From: Oopsacas minuta | Lineage: Eukaryota; Animalia; Porifera | Assembly: GCA_024704765.1 (NCBI GenBank) | Contig: JAKMXF010000066.1 | Span: 1,309,673 to 1,373,672 of the forward strand | Direction: 5' to 3' | Length of the DNA stretch: 64,000 nucleotides | Shown: one piece after another, positions 1 through 13,122 of the stretch | Layout of the letters: every line of letters starts with the position of its first letter | Numbering within the stretch: position 1 is the first letter of the stretch | Made by a program: the position numbers and the translations under genes | The notes under the pieces: generated by a model | What the model was told of the DNA's origin: nothing | Databases searched by the model: none | Seen by the model: only the letters and a program-made list of their open reading frames with translations

Positions 1-3000
1 GAGTAATAACCTAATATGTATATTAACAACACACTTATCAATGTTGAATCCTCGAAATTATGTCACATCTAGATGATTTTTATCAAAGATACAAACTTTC
101 ACTCAGAGAAAACTATGAAAAGGATTTTTGCAGTTTTGAATGCATTAACACGTAAAATACACACGGATATTAGGTAAGTTTTAACCTAATACTTACTTTC
201 ATAGATCCATCCTTTTTATCATTAATTGCCCTGCTTTATTTTAATAGCGAACAACTGAATATCAAATGTTTGAAGTGCAAAAAGCCTCCTGCAGATACTA
301 TTGCCTTAGCTTGTTTCCATTTCCGATGCAGAACTTGCCTTCCTAGCATTACTTCAGATTCCAAATGTCCAGAGTGTATAGATGATATTTATGCTACAGT
401 AAAGGGCAGTGAGCGAGAGCATTTTGTAAAGATTTGTAGGTAGGTGTTTCTAATCAGATAAGTGAATTTTGATTTTCAATAGTTTACATATATGTGTCGC
501 AACTTGCAATTTATTGCACTACACATTTTCTCAATTATTAGAAATTGTTTAGTATGGATTACTGTAGGGAAATGTTAGAGAAACAACGAAAATTCAGGGA
601 ACAATCAACCAATTTCGTCATGGAGCTTTTATCCACAATAACTTTTGCAAGTTTTGGAAATGAGGGCAAAGAGAATGGTTTGATAGAATATCTGGTTAGT
701 TATATTGCATTAGATCATAATGTTCTTGAAAACCTTCCAGATGCCAAATCGGACAATGTTATGCTCTTCCAAGAGGGTATTTTAAAGCCTTCCCCTACAG
801 TTAGGCTATTCTTGCTTCAGCTTCTAATTAAAAACAGGTTTATCTACTTATTATTTACGGCTGCAATTATTGTTTTTATCAATTCACCTTTGGATGTAGA
901 TTTCATTTGCTTCGTAGCAAACTAGCTGAGTATATGGAAATGACGTTGAGTCATTTACAACTTAAGCAGAAATCTCATGGACATGAGATGCTAGTTATTT
1001 TTGTGCAATGCTTTGAGGTATTATTTCAAACTTTATAATTCATGAGTATTCTTTATTTTGTACATATAGGACTACTTTCAATCAAAATGCTTTACTTTGC
1101 CAACAGAATCATTAAGGATCCAATATATTTCAACCCTTTGCCATACTGATCAAAGATTAGAAAACTTTGGACCACTTTACCAAAGTGATCTATCCCTCGC
1201 GTATATTGAATCGGTAGCATTGGTAAGATTTGTTGCCTTAGTTATCTGTCAATGGATAATAGACAAGTTTGACCTTAAGCGTGAGGCCATCAACATACTG
1301 ATTGACCAAAAGGAAACTGTACAACGTATTGAGCAGAAAAAAGTTCAGTTGGTGGTCAATTTCAAACGACTCATCAAATCATTTGAAGATTTGTCTCAGT
1401 CCGTGAAGTGTTCTCAGTATTTGCATTTTTTTTTCATGAAAGCACTGTATTCGCATTTAGGTTGGGGAGGAATTAAATCTATCTTGTGTGTTGAAGAATT
1501 GAAAGGGGTAATACCTTCGAAATGTTTTCACTTAGGCAATGTAAGCACTTTAACTGTATAATATCAGAAAACTCTTGACTGATATATTTTCATAGTTCGA
1601 TGGACGATTGGATCTGTTTTCCAGTTACGGGCCACTTTATCAAGATGCGAGAAAAATAATCCGCTATCTAATAACCCAAGTTGACACGCAGGATATAAAC
1701 AACTGGATTAAGGAACAGAATCAGAAAGTATATACATTTAAACAATGCTTTAGGCAAGCTCTGTTTACTATTTCTATCTATTTAGAAGGAGAGTAGAATT
1801 GTGTTACAACAAAGTTTGATATTTGCTGTGTTTACAGACATATACACTGAGAACCTTAAAGGTGGTCACCAACCCATGTTCCCAAACAAAGTAAGCTTCC
1901 TAAAATATAGATGGAGCTCAAAATATTACGTTCCCTTTTTTAGATTCAAAAATTTGTCAAAACTATAGAAGAGAAATATCCTACAATGCCAAACGAACTA
2001 TTTGAACTTCTAGAACAACTATTTCTAAATAGGCTTTTTAATGGTCGGATTCAAGAACTCATGTTGACGCCCAATTCTCATGGATATACTCCAACAATTG
2101 CAGGAATTCTGTGTCACATCGGTATATTGTTACACTATGCATTAGATCAAGAAATAGAAAATTTTCTAGCACCGCTTACACTTATTTATATGGACCCAGG
2201 GAAATTATGCCAAAAATTATTTCCAACTATGGAAAACATGGAACCTTCTGCTAGCTTTGTCAAGATGGCAATTTTAGAGGAAGGTAGATGGTATGAATGT
2301 CCAAATGGACATTCGTATTTTATTGGAGAAGTAAGTGATTCAGGATGTATACGTATATGTAAATATATTGCAGGATTACTTTTCTATTTTTAGTGTGGAA
2401 AACCATGGACTGCTTACTCTTGCCCAGAATGCGGGATTACCATTGGAGGGACTTTACATAAGTTACATCAGGGAAATTTAGAACAAAAACGATACACAGG
2501 TCATATATTAGGATGTCCATCCAAACGATCTCATTTAAAGTCTGGAATAAGGTTTGTACATTTTTAAGCATTATTTTTTACCTTTCTTGATGCAGTAGAT
2601 GCCGGATATAAGAACACCGGTTATACGAACATGCCAGATATTTGAACCACAACTTGAATTACGGAATCTTTTGTATTCTACTCCATGGAATTTTTACCGG
2701 TTATAAGAACATGCCGGATATAAGAATGTCATAATGGAAAACGATGACTATATGCCTCAATATACATTATGCCGGTTATAAGAGCACTCTTAGTGTAGTA
2801 CTAAAATTGGTTCTCATTACCAGTATGTTTGTAGAATTCGGCATAATATATAATAGATATGAGAATACTTTTCTTTAATATGGTTTCTACATCCAAATGG
2901 TTTAAATGAAGTGTTTCCATAACCGCATCTACTATATACTACATACCGGTTATGAGAACATTATTTCCAGTTCCCGACGATGTTCTTATAACCGGCGCGG

Positions 3001-5973
3001 CATTCACAGTATAACTAAATTTACTCAGTATTCAATCCTTAGACGATTATCAGCTACTTCAGCTTCTGTGATTAGAGCTCTAATGCATGGAATATTCATA
3101 TGGGCATCTGCAGTAAAGTTTTCTTTCGATCCTACGAAACTTCTTTCCCTTGTAGAATATCCTGGAAATATTCATATTTCCCAATTTTTCTTTCAACATA
3201 TGCTTAATGATATTTATGACATTTCATGTATTACTGGTAAGGATTTTGAAGAATCTGCATTGATTATACATATGGTAATAGACAACATAATGAGTGATCA
3301 TGAAAATATTGGTAAGTGGAATAATTTATAAATTTATCAATGTTCTATTCATACAACTCATCCGATAGTACAAATTGATGCCTCACTTACTTCAAATGAT
3401 AATCGAGAGACTTGGGAATTCTTTTTCGACAGATACTTCATATCTCCAATTCTTGTAGATGTAGATAAATTACTGCAGGAGAAACTGATCTATGTTCTAA
3501 ATGATGTTGGAATGTTGAACCATACCATATTTAGGTGAGATTAAATATAGATCCTTCGATCATATGCGCTAATTCCCCTGGGTTATATAGCAAGCTTCGA
3601 TAATATCTATCTTAGGTCACTATATGAGAAAGACATCAATCCAGCTCAGCATGAAGGTTATCTTTGGAGATTTCGGAGCAAAATCGACTTTCAACACTTT
3701 TCAAAAGCATTTAATTCACAAGGACTAGTTATTGCAGTTCAGTATCCATTATTAGAGAAATTTATTCGAGAGGAGCATTTATTAGCTGCAACAAAGTTTC
3801 TACCAGCTATTGTAAAATTGCGAATAAAACTTAGCCAAAAGATGTATAAATGCATTAATAATGTTAAGCCACAAGACACGATTCAGTGCTTTTTAGTAAA
3901 GCTCCAAGAAGGTTGGTTATACGTGACTAGTCACTATTTTGCTATTCTTTCAGTTTAGAATATTCTCAATTCTTAGAGAAAGGTGAGAGTGTTATGGAAG
4001 AACTTAGGCATCTCGTAAATGAATTCGCAGCTTGTTGGAAGTTAGTCGGAAGCGAAGTGATACAAAGAAATGGACTTAGAATTCAATTTTCAGAAATACA
4101 ATCCAATATCACACCAATACTATTCATTATGCCTACAACAAAAGGAGAAAAATCTATATTAGTGGCATTGGCAGAACTTTTAATAAATACCCATAATAGT
4201 TTTATTGCAGAACAGAAAAAATATTCTATCTTACCAGAATATGGACAGTAAGTTATATTTAGAATTATGAGTGACATCGTTTGTAGGAAACATTAGTTCA
4301 TTTAATTTGTATCCAGACAGGCAGAAGATACAGTTTCCCTTCCTCAACTCTCACAAAACCATATGATTGACTACCAAGGGCACCTAGATAAGCTTATTCT
4401 TTCTAACGCACGATATTCGCTCCAATTTGGACTAGGCACTATGGTACAATATGATTTTTCTAACATAGAAAGACAGTTGTTCGACAACTTTGTACTTTCA
4501 AAGCCTTTTATTATCTGGGATCGATCCAAGCCAGGCTATTCTTTAAACAATGTAGCCGAGACAATGTTTCACAGGATAAAGGAATTAATTCCACAGGTAT
4601 AGATCATTCGAGCTTAGAGATATGTATTATCTCTTTGAAATAGTGATCAGAGTAAATATAGTGTTGTATAGATACTTTTGGCCTATGCACTTGGGCTAAT
4701 ATACATTGATTTCAGGGTGTTATCCAGGTGTATGCGGCGTGGCTACAGGCGCATAAATTTTGGAAATGTATGTCTAAGCGTAAGAATATTTCTCTTTAGG
4801 AGTAAACTCATATACCGTAATACAAAATGTACAGTCTAGGCGTATGAAATGAAATAGAATCCATTTCTAGGCGTATGGTCCTGAGAAACTGGATTAAACC
4901 CTTGTTAATTCCATCACTTATATTTATTAATTATACGTAAACCTCCGAGATACGGCATAATCCGGAGAAAAATTTGTGCCGTGATTTTGGATTAAAAATT
5001 CCTATCCGGGATTTATTAATTGCCGTATCTTGGAGGGTTGCCTCATGTCAGAGGTGCCGCTTTGGGAGGTTTACCTCTATACAAATGCTAGAATTATAAA
5101 TATTTTCCCAGATGTCAGTTAAAGATCTGGGATAAATGTTCTAAGGATGGATTGATATTATCCAGGCTCTGTATTTTAATAGGAAAAGCTAGATGAAGCA
5201 TTAGCAAAAAGGATTATCAATGAATTACTGAATATAGAAAACATTTCAGATATTTTAGACTTAATTGAAGTCGTAATTGGATTTGCAGGATCTGCAGGCG
5301 GCTTTCCTAACCACAAAATCATATCATATCTTCATGATGTACTCAAATACCCTGTAGGTCAGCATCTCCAGAGTGACGCGGTTAGATAGCATTATTGGGT
5401 TAGTTATATGGATGGTTAATTCATATTTCTTCTTTAGGCTAATAGTCATTGCTGCATGAAGCATTTGGTATGGCTTTGGCAGAATATTTCAGTTGCAAAA
5501 GCCATACTCTTCGTGCAACACAATCAAGTAAGCTTTATTAGGTATATGTGAATTTTTCCGGTGTATTTATACGTGTATTTTATTTTGATGTTAGCATCCA
5601 TTCGCAAAATTATCAGAACATTTTTATACTCAGCTAAGCTTAGAACAAAATCGAGAGTTCAAAACTAAACTGAACTTATTACCCCTCAAAGAGATCCTCT
5701 TCGCGATTCATGACTTTGTAATTTTCTTTTTGAGAAATTTGGATGTTACTCAAGCACAGTATCCGTGAGTTATACGAAATTAATGCTGAAATAAACATGA
5801 TTAATCAATACATTATCTATGCTATATTTACTAGATTATATGACTGTTATACAGAATATTTCAAATTAGAGTTTGGGAAAGATCCAGAATTCTTTCCTTC
5901 CAAGATATTTACTGAAGATATATTGGTATCTCATACTATCCATATATGGACAATTTTAGCCCAAGAAGTGTGA
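1..5973 (+). CDS. RNF213: RNF213/mysterin-like E3 ubiquitin ligase, 3' portion (multi-exon, 5' end outside window)
   Basis: C3HC4 RING CLKCKKPPADTIALACFHFRCRTCLPSITSDSKCPEC at 267-377. RZ finger WYECPNGHSYFIGE|CGKPWTAYSCPECGITIGG split by a GT-AG intron at 2331-2393. The ORF-track pieces 545-5973 are exons separated by short introns. The C-terminus ...EDILVSHTIHIWTILAQEV* resembles the RNF213 C-terminus. Confidence 0.9.
2593..3010. mobile_element. Degenerate MITE (Tc1/mariner-pogo type) in an RNF213 intron
   Basis: Starts CAGTAGATGCCGGATATAAGAAC and ends in an imperfect inverse (GTTCTTATAACCGG...). Internal repeats of CCGG(A/T)TATAAGAAC. Confidence 0.45.
4936..5077. mobile_element. Short degenerate MITE in an RNF213 intron
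   Basis: Inverted termini GTAAACCTCC ... GGAGGTTTAC. Confidence 0.5.
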
Positions 5974-6176
5974 TTAACCTATTTTTATATTTTTCTTATC
6001 CCAAACTGCAAATGCTATTAGACAATGGATTATTCTAATTTTATTCTGATTGCTGCTATTATATTATTCTGATACTATGTACAACGTTTTAAATGTTTTC
6101 GGTCGCCAGAACGTGTTAAAACTTTCAATATGTGTGCATACTTAGCAATAAATTGATATATATTTATACATATATA

Positions 6177-7837
6177 ATGGCCACCAACAATCAAAGTGAA
6201 CTTGACTTACAAGACTATACACAAATAGCAACTCTATTGGAGTTAACAGATCAAATTCGTAAGAAACGCAAGATAAAAATTGTATTAGAAAATAGACAAT
6301 TAGTTCTGATTAATGACAATGGCAAACTATACTGTTTGGATGAGTTCTGTTATCATGCTGGAGGACCGTTATCACTTGGTAAGTTATTTGAGGTATATCT
6401 TTAAATATTTATTTATGATTGAAGATGATCGGCGGTAGCAATTTTTGTTCTTCTGACCAATGTGAAAAAGGATATTTTTCTGAAAATATTCCGGCTGTAT
6501 TGCTTTTGATTGAAATAAATATTGAGGGATCCGAGTTTCTACTATATTTGGTAATACAGCGGAAGCGGCTTAATCGGGACAGCTCGGGAGTCAATGTTTA
6601 GTCCCGATTAATCCATTATGATGTATTTAAGTATTCAAAACTTGTTTTCGTGGTCTCAGATCACAACCAGAAATATCTTATTGCACTACTACTAAATCCT
6701 AATTTTTATGGGGAGTGACAAAAGTTAGTATTCTTGGTTTGTAAATTGTAGTCTACTCGGTGTTGTATTGTTATGGTTGTAGAATATTCAAATAGTTAGT
6801 TTTAAAAACAAACCATATACAATGATTCTGAATAAATATACAATTGTAATTGGGATGAAATCTCAATTAAGTGAATATAATTTCTAATTCGGTTGATCGG
6901 GATAAGAGATCCGATTAGCCGATTCGATATCCCAATTATCCGACGATTTTGCTATGTAAAAAATCTGTTGCCCCGTTTAAACGGATATCCCGATTAAGCG
7001 GCTTCCACTGTAACTAATAACCTAATTATATACATAATACATATATATACACTCCCTGGCCAAAAGTATTGGAACATCATGTCACTAATGACACATGTGG
7101 CATATGGAACTTTGTGAAAATATATGTATTGAATAGTCTGTGGATATATCAGAAAAGGCGATTGTAATAATAAAATTAATGATAGAATTAAGTTCACAAA
7201 TGTTTGAATCTATCTTCAGCCTAAACAACTAAAGTCAAATGCATATTTGTGCCAAGTGTCAATTGTGGCCGAGTGTTCCAATACTTTTGGCCAGGGAGTG
7301 TAGTCCATACTTTCCAACCTGAGTGAAGAGAAAAGCGGGACGTAGCATATTTGTATTAAACTGGACAACAAAAAGCTGGACATCAAGGTTTTTGACAAGT
7401 TTTGGCTGGACATTAGCCTCATTGCCCCTCAACATATGTCCAAGAAAGCGGGGCGTCCCGCCAAAAACGGGACAGTTGGCAAGTATGATAGTTAGGTGCG
7501 CATATTATAAACAATTATCCAACTAGGAGATATAGAAGATTATAACGGAACACGCTGCATTACTTGTCCATGGCATAGAAACAAGATAGAATTGGATACA
7601 GGAGATAATTTATACACAACTATTGATCCCTTTACAAGGCAAACAAAGCCTGGCAGAAAAAAGTTCAAACAACGAACTCATAAAGTTGTGGTTAATGGAG
7701 AAGGAGTATTTGTGAAACTTTCAACAAAATATGGGAATCAAAATGAGTTTGAGAGTGATTTCTACTACCAACAAGAAACACAACAAGCTCTGAATCAAAA
7801 GTTAGAAGATGAATTGCAACTTTCGAAGCAGAAATGA
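6177..7837 (+). CDS. RFESD: Rieske [2Fe-2S] domain protein (RFESD-like), 2 exons 6177-6378 and 7527-7837
   Basis: Splicing GTAAGT (6379) to AG (7526) joins ...DEFCYHAGGPLSLG|DIEDYNGTRCITCPWHRNKIELDTG..., restoring both Rieske motifs, CxH and CxxH. Confidence 0.85.
6557..7010. mobile_element. Tigger/pogo-type MITE
   Basis: TIRs CAGCGGAAGCGGCTTAATCGGGA and TCCCGATTAAGCGGCTTCCACTG, flanked by TA on both sides. Confidence 0.8.
7050..7300. mobile_element. Tc1-type MITE, 251 bp
   Basis: Perfect 27-bp TIR CACTCCCTGGCCAAAAGTATTGGAACA with TA target-site duplication. Confidence 0.9.
7306..7487. mobile_element. MITE, possibly hAT-like
   Basis: TIR CATACTT(T/G)CCAAC. A related terminus, GCGGGACAGTTGGCAAGGATG, occurs at about 34182-34202. 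No clean TSD seen. Confidence 0.55.
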
Positions 7838-9033
7838 TTTTTAATGTTCAAACCTTTTTGCTCTTGATGTTAAATATCAATAATTATTACTTAAAGGCAC
7901 ATATGTTTGTGTGCTAAGCTATGCCAGATATCGATATTTCCTCTGTTATAAAACAAGTATAGTATTATAAGCAAAACATGTTTTGGAGTGTCGCTCTACA
8001 CTAATTTTTTGAATATTTACATAGTGGATATAAGTGATGCTGATCAATTCGTGAATGAGCCTATTTCGCATTTGGGCTGTAACACTGGTGAAAGTCCCAT
8101 AATTTGAAGAAAAGTGAGCGAAATGAGCTGTTTCTAAAATATAGAAACTACATACAATTACTTCGGTCGACACGTCCACCCTAGTCCAAAATCCTAAAAG
8201 AATTGTGAGAACTTATGTGTAGTAGACTATGAAAGTATTTATCTATCCTTTGGGTACATATTTCAAAGTAAATTATACTCAATTAATCAAAACAAATTTT
8301 GACTTATGTCCTCTCAATTTTAATACTGGCTCACTACGTAATAATCAGTACAGGTAGTGTAAATTATTCATTAATAATAATATAATACTTTCAAAACCAG
8401 CATACATTTTTAAACTTAAAACGCTTACGGTGAAATATAGATATTATATCTTAATTTGTAGTTAAGTAATTTAGGTGCATATCTGTTACCTGGGAGTACA
8501 CGTGTGATGAGGAAAGAGATATAGATGAAGACAGTTAGGCTATACATGGCATCAATATAATCCAGGATACTTCATAATCTCACATCTGAATAATCTCTGC
8601 GGACACGATAAGAATATATTCAAGGTAAATACATATACAATATAATTAATTTGATGAAGATAAATATGGGGCGGATTCAGTTAACTGGTTAGCCGCTTAA
8701 CCAGGAGACTTTACAAAGAATGGTAATTTACTCCGGTTGGTTAAATAACCTGAAATGCAGGTTCAAAAGTATTCTAGCTGTCTCCGCCGTATGTGGAACC
8801 TATTTATTGTAGAATTTGTAACGATAAACGCAATTCTTCATGATCAAAGAGAATATAATCAATGGCCTGGAAATTATTTTGGCAATTCTTTGCTTGGCTT
8901 GCCTGATGTATAGTAGGCCATTGTCTACTATATTTCAAATCAAAATATTAGAATTGATTTTACAGTACTGATAGCTGCTGCCTGTCTATAAAAGCCATTT
9001 GATTCTCTCTCATTATAGGATAGGAAATCTAAA

Positions 9034-11913
9034 ATGACATCATTACTGTTTCTGCTACTGGTCTGTTCTATCATAAGAGTTCATACACAATCAGTGGGTG
9101 ATAGTATTACAATAGATCTACCATTTGGATCTGTAAAGGGATATTCTAACGGAGATTCTTGGGAGTTCTACGGAATACCATTCGCAGCTCCTCCAGTAGG
9201 AAATCTACGCTGGCAGCCTCCTTCAAATTTTACTCCTTGGAGTGGATCTACACTTGATGCTAAAGACCCACCACCTGCCTGTATTCAAAAGTGCGAATTT
9301 GGAATAATTGGTTGTGCTGCCAATATGAGTGAGGATTGTCTCTACCTAAATATATTCATACCAATCTCCTGGAGACCAGGATCAATTAGGAGCTACGATA
9401 TACTGCTATTTATATATGGAGGAGGATTTCATGAAGGAACTTCAGGCTGTTTGCTCTACGACTCCAGGTCTGTACTTAGTAATTCTTAAGATATAATTTG
9501 GAGAAAATGTGGTAACAAGCATACGAATAGCACAAATAAACAGATGAAAGAGCATGTAACCTGTTTAATAAACAGCATAACTGGAAAATTATTTGAGGTT
9601 CTTCCATTGACTTGTAGTTGTCTATTTGTTATTTATACTACCTTCTAGGTTTCTTGCAAACTTCACTGATACCATCATTGTCACTTTCAACTATCGCGTT
9701 GGGGCGCTAGGTTTCCTTAGAATTCCATTATTTGATATCTATGGGAACATGGGTTTTGTAGATCAGCGTATGGCAATGCAATGGGTTAAGGACTATATTT
9801 CATATTTCGGAGGAAGAGGAAAAACAACTTTGTTTGGACAGAGTGCAGGAGCTATTTCTATTGGGGCTCATGTCGCATCGCCTCTATCCAAAGGACTCTT
9901 CGATAATATTATTTTGGAAAGTGACGGCTGGACAGTTCCATTTCGAGATACATTCAATGCAGAATTATTAGCGGCTGAATACAGTGTGGTAAGAAATGTA
10001 GTTTAGAATAGTAACGTCGTAAGATTATTCAGAAAATGGTCTAGTGAAAATACTATATCATATAGTGAGTAGAATTTTCCTGTGACAACTTGATATTCTA
10101 TTTCCAAGTCGAAATGACGTCATCTCATTTCTTACTTAACAATTTTGTTAAGAAAGGCTCATATGAATTGACTATTTATTCAGTATTTAAAACTCTGTCA
10201 AGAGTCAATTCATACATTTACGCTTACAGAACTTATTCCTTGGGATCTAGGGCTATTTTCATGCAAAATATCAAAATTTGTTATGATAATATATACACTC
10301 TCCAGAGTTATCGTTGCAACCATGGATGGCACATTTTTGCTGACATTCATCAATAACTTGACAATCTTTAATGTTATAGCCCAATAGTCGTGGAAACATG
10401 TAGTATATACCCGATTTCTCATATCCTGATAATACATTCTGAAACGATATCTCTGTATGTGAGAGTCTTTTTTTCATAGAACAATATCACAAGTTACTCT
10501 TATTCTAATTGTAATTGAATTTATTGGAGTTGATGTGAAATATTTATTAGATATTTCATAATTTCCTATAGAAGCTGGACTGTTTTACCAAAAGCTGTTT
10601 TCACAGTAGAACAGCTGATGAAATACTTGCAGCTCAACTTCCGATTATCCCAATTGCATTTTCATTCAACATACTGATTGACTTCGTTCCATGGTCTCCT
10701 ATTATAGACAACATAAATTTAATGAATCAACCATATGCAGTTGTAATTGAGATGGCGAAAAATGGAACATTACCTCCTGCTATTATGGGCACAACGACAG
10801 ATGAAGGGTATCTCTTCATGGAACCAATTGAAAGAGAATCACCTATCAAGGGTAAGTTATTCTACGATGCAGTTATGCTTGCAACATTTCTAGAGGATTC
10901 TGTATCAGTAAACGATCAATACAACTCATTTTATGGAGCTACAGATAATTATTTACAAAGATTATCACAGATAATAGGAGATTATCTATTCGGTTGTTCC
11001 ACAAGGAGTATTTTAAATGCAATCTCAAGTGCTGGACAAAAAGATGTATGGAAGTATATATGGGACAGAACTATAACGTATAATGCTTCAGATAATATAT
11101 GTTATAACAGAGCATGTCACGGAGCAGAACTCTTCTATGTCTTTGGTGCTGTGAGTCTATGGGGTCAACAGTTCACTCCTAATGACTTGAACTTGTCCAG
11201 ACAGGTACAGACATACTGGGGGAACATGGCAAAGAGCAATGACCCTAATATTGGGCCAGTTGGAACAGGATTGTATCCAGCCTGGCCTAGATATGACGTA
11301 AGAACTGGAGCACAGATGTTCTTTGAAGACCCAATTGGTAGACTATCGTTCAATTTCAGTAATGGTATATGTGATCATCTAGACACCATAGGGTATGATA
11401 GGTCAAATGTATTCGGAAACTCATCAGTCGTTAGCAGTTCTATACTGCTCATGGCTGTAGGTGAGTTAGTATTGACATCATCATTCTATATACACCCGAA
11501 TTACAAACCAAATGCAGGTTGATTCCGAATATGAAATAATAACACTGAGTGATGTTAGGGTCCTCAAATCGATCCAAACTAGTATACCGCTATTTTAAAT
11601 TAAAACTAGTATTGGCACTCTTTAGGATGTCCTATGCATTTATACGTAGTAATTCTCTCCCTAAAGGGATTGAACTAGGCAGTTGGATTAACTTGAACAC
11701 TATTTACCTTTTTCACATTAATGACTAAATCCACTGTATGATTATTGCTTGCCCACAAGCTGTAGCCGTGACGTGACCTACGTAGGTCGCGCTGTAGCAT
11801 ATCTCCATGTTATCATCGCCTAGACACTAGGTTAACTTTTATAAAAATAATTCAATAATTATGAGTTTTCTTCTATTCTTGTAGCTCTTGTGATGATTTG
11901 TTTCATCAGTTAA
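9034..11913 (+). CDS. Secreted, probably GPI- or membrane-anchored type-B carboxylesterase (cholinesterase-like). Exons 9034-9467, 9649-9988, 10572-11460, 11885-11913
   Basis: Signal peptide, then GIPFAAPPVGNLRW, SEDCLYLNI, YGGGF oxyanion hole, nucleophile elbow FGQSAG, TTDEG acid and CHGAEL His. The inferred GT-AG introns keep the frame. The last exon gives the hydrophobic tail SILLMAVALVMICFIS*. Confidence 0.9.
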
Positions 11914-12096
11914 GCACTCATCCTACTAACTTTAGTATGCTTGTATTATCCTTTGTATCTCTGTTATATGCTATATTGTATTAATAACTCAGTATTATGT
12001 ATACTTTCATATCTACCTTAAAGATTCTTATCTTGTTATTAATTTATTTGCTATCATTTGCATTTTTAAGGCAAATCACATTTTAATACAAGTATA

Positions 12097-12602
12097 CAGT
12101 CAACTCCGCTTAATCGGGATACATCGGTTCCAGCACTTTTCCCCCATTAAGCGGAGATTTTCTAATAATGATACTAACGAGCATCACTTTTCTATTTTTT
12201 CAGTCCCAGAGTCCCTAAAGCAAGTTAACTACACTATTGTTGAGTAATGCCCACCCAGAGTACAAACTTTAAAATTTTTCGATTCGTTTAGTGTCTTCCG
12301 TGAATCAATGTTGATAATAATCACTAGCAAATAGATTTATATTTGGGCATATCATTCCCAAATTTAGCCTATACTTATCCAAATTTTGTCCAAGTAAGAA
12401 GCTTATTAGAATTTCCTAAATCAACAGAAATTTCGTCTTGATTGAGTTACTATTTTTCACTCAATTACCAGATTTATCCCGATTAACCGAAAATATCTAG
12501 TATTAACTTGAATGGAGATGATTCCGATCCTGAAGATTTGTCCAATTTAAGCGGATTTTCCGATTAACAGGTCCCCAAATCCCAATTAAGCGGAGTTGAC
12601 TC
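12097..12602. mobile_element. Tigger/pogo-type MITE (same family as 57245-57615)
   Basis: TIR CAGTCAACTCCGCTTAAT ... ATTAAGCGGAGTTGACT(C), flanked by TA. Confidence 0.8.
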
Positions 12603-13084
12603 TATGGATTTTCCGCTGTATTATTGTATTATGATGAACACTACAGAATTTATATATTTACACAGCTCATCTAACTGTATTTAAATTTTAATTACTTCAA
12701 ATCTATTAATGTCTTCTAGAATCTAGAAATTTAATCTTTGCTCAGCGTACCCTCGAAAACATCTTGCCTCAGTTTGAGAACTATTCACTGGCATTGATTC
12801 CCCAAAGAGTGTTAAGCGCTTTATTTAACGAGCTTAGAATATCTAACTGCGTTAATATGTGGAGTCTACGTGTACATAGAGCTTGATAAAGGTATTCTGC
12901 ACTCAATCACTATTATAAGCGCTCTACAAAATCCCGTAGGAAACACTGCTCACTAATCTACCTAAATCAATATTATCTTGAATCTGTTAGATTTCTATAC
13001 TTAACGACACATACAAAATTGTGTTTTTAGTTTCAACTTCCAAGTTAATGTGTATAATTTGATACATATTTGTTGGAGTGTAAA

Positions 13085-13122
13085 TACGAATTTGGTGTAT
13101 ACGCGAATACACCAAATTCGTA
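13085..13122. repeat. Perfect 16-bp inverted repeat with a 6-nt loop
   Basis: TACGAATTTGGTGTAT-ACGCGA-ATACACCAAATTCGTA. Confidence 0.85.

Noticed and set aside
7323-7526. ORFs 6409-6601, 6994-7197, 7216-7422 and 7323-7526
   Set aside because: They fall in the MITE-filled RFESD intron and have no protein motifs.
10090-10477. Overlapping short ORFs in carboxylesterase intron 2
   Set aside because: No homology signal, and the esterase frame is complete without them.
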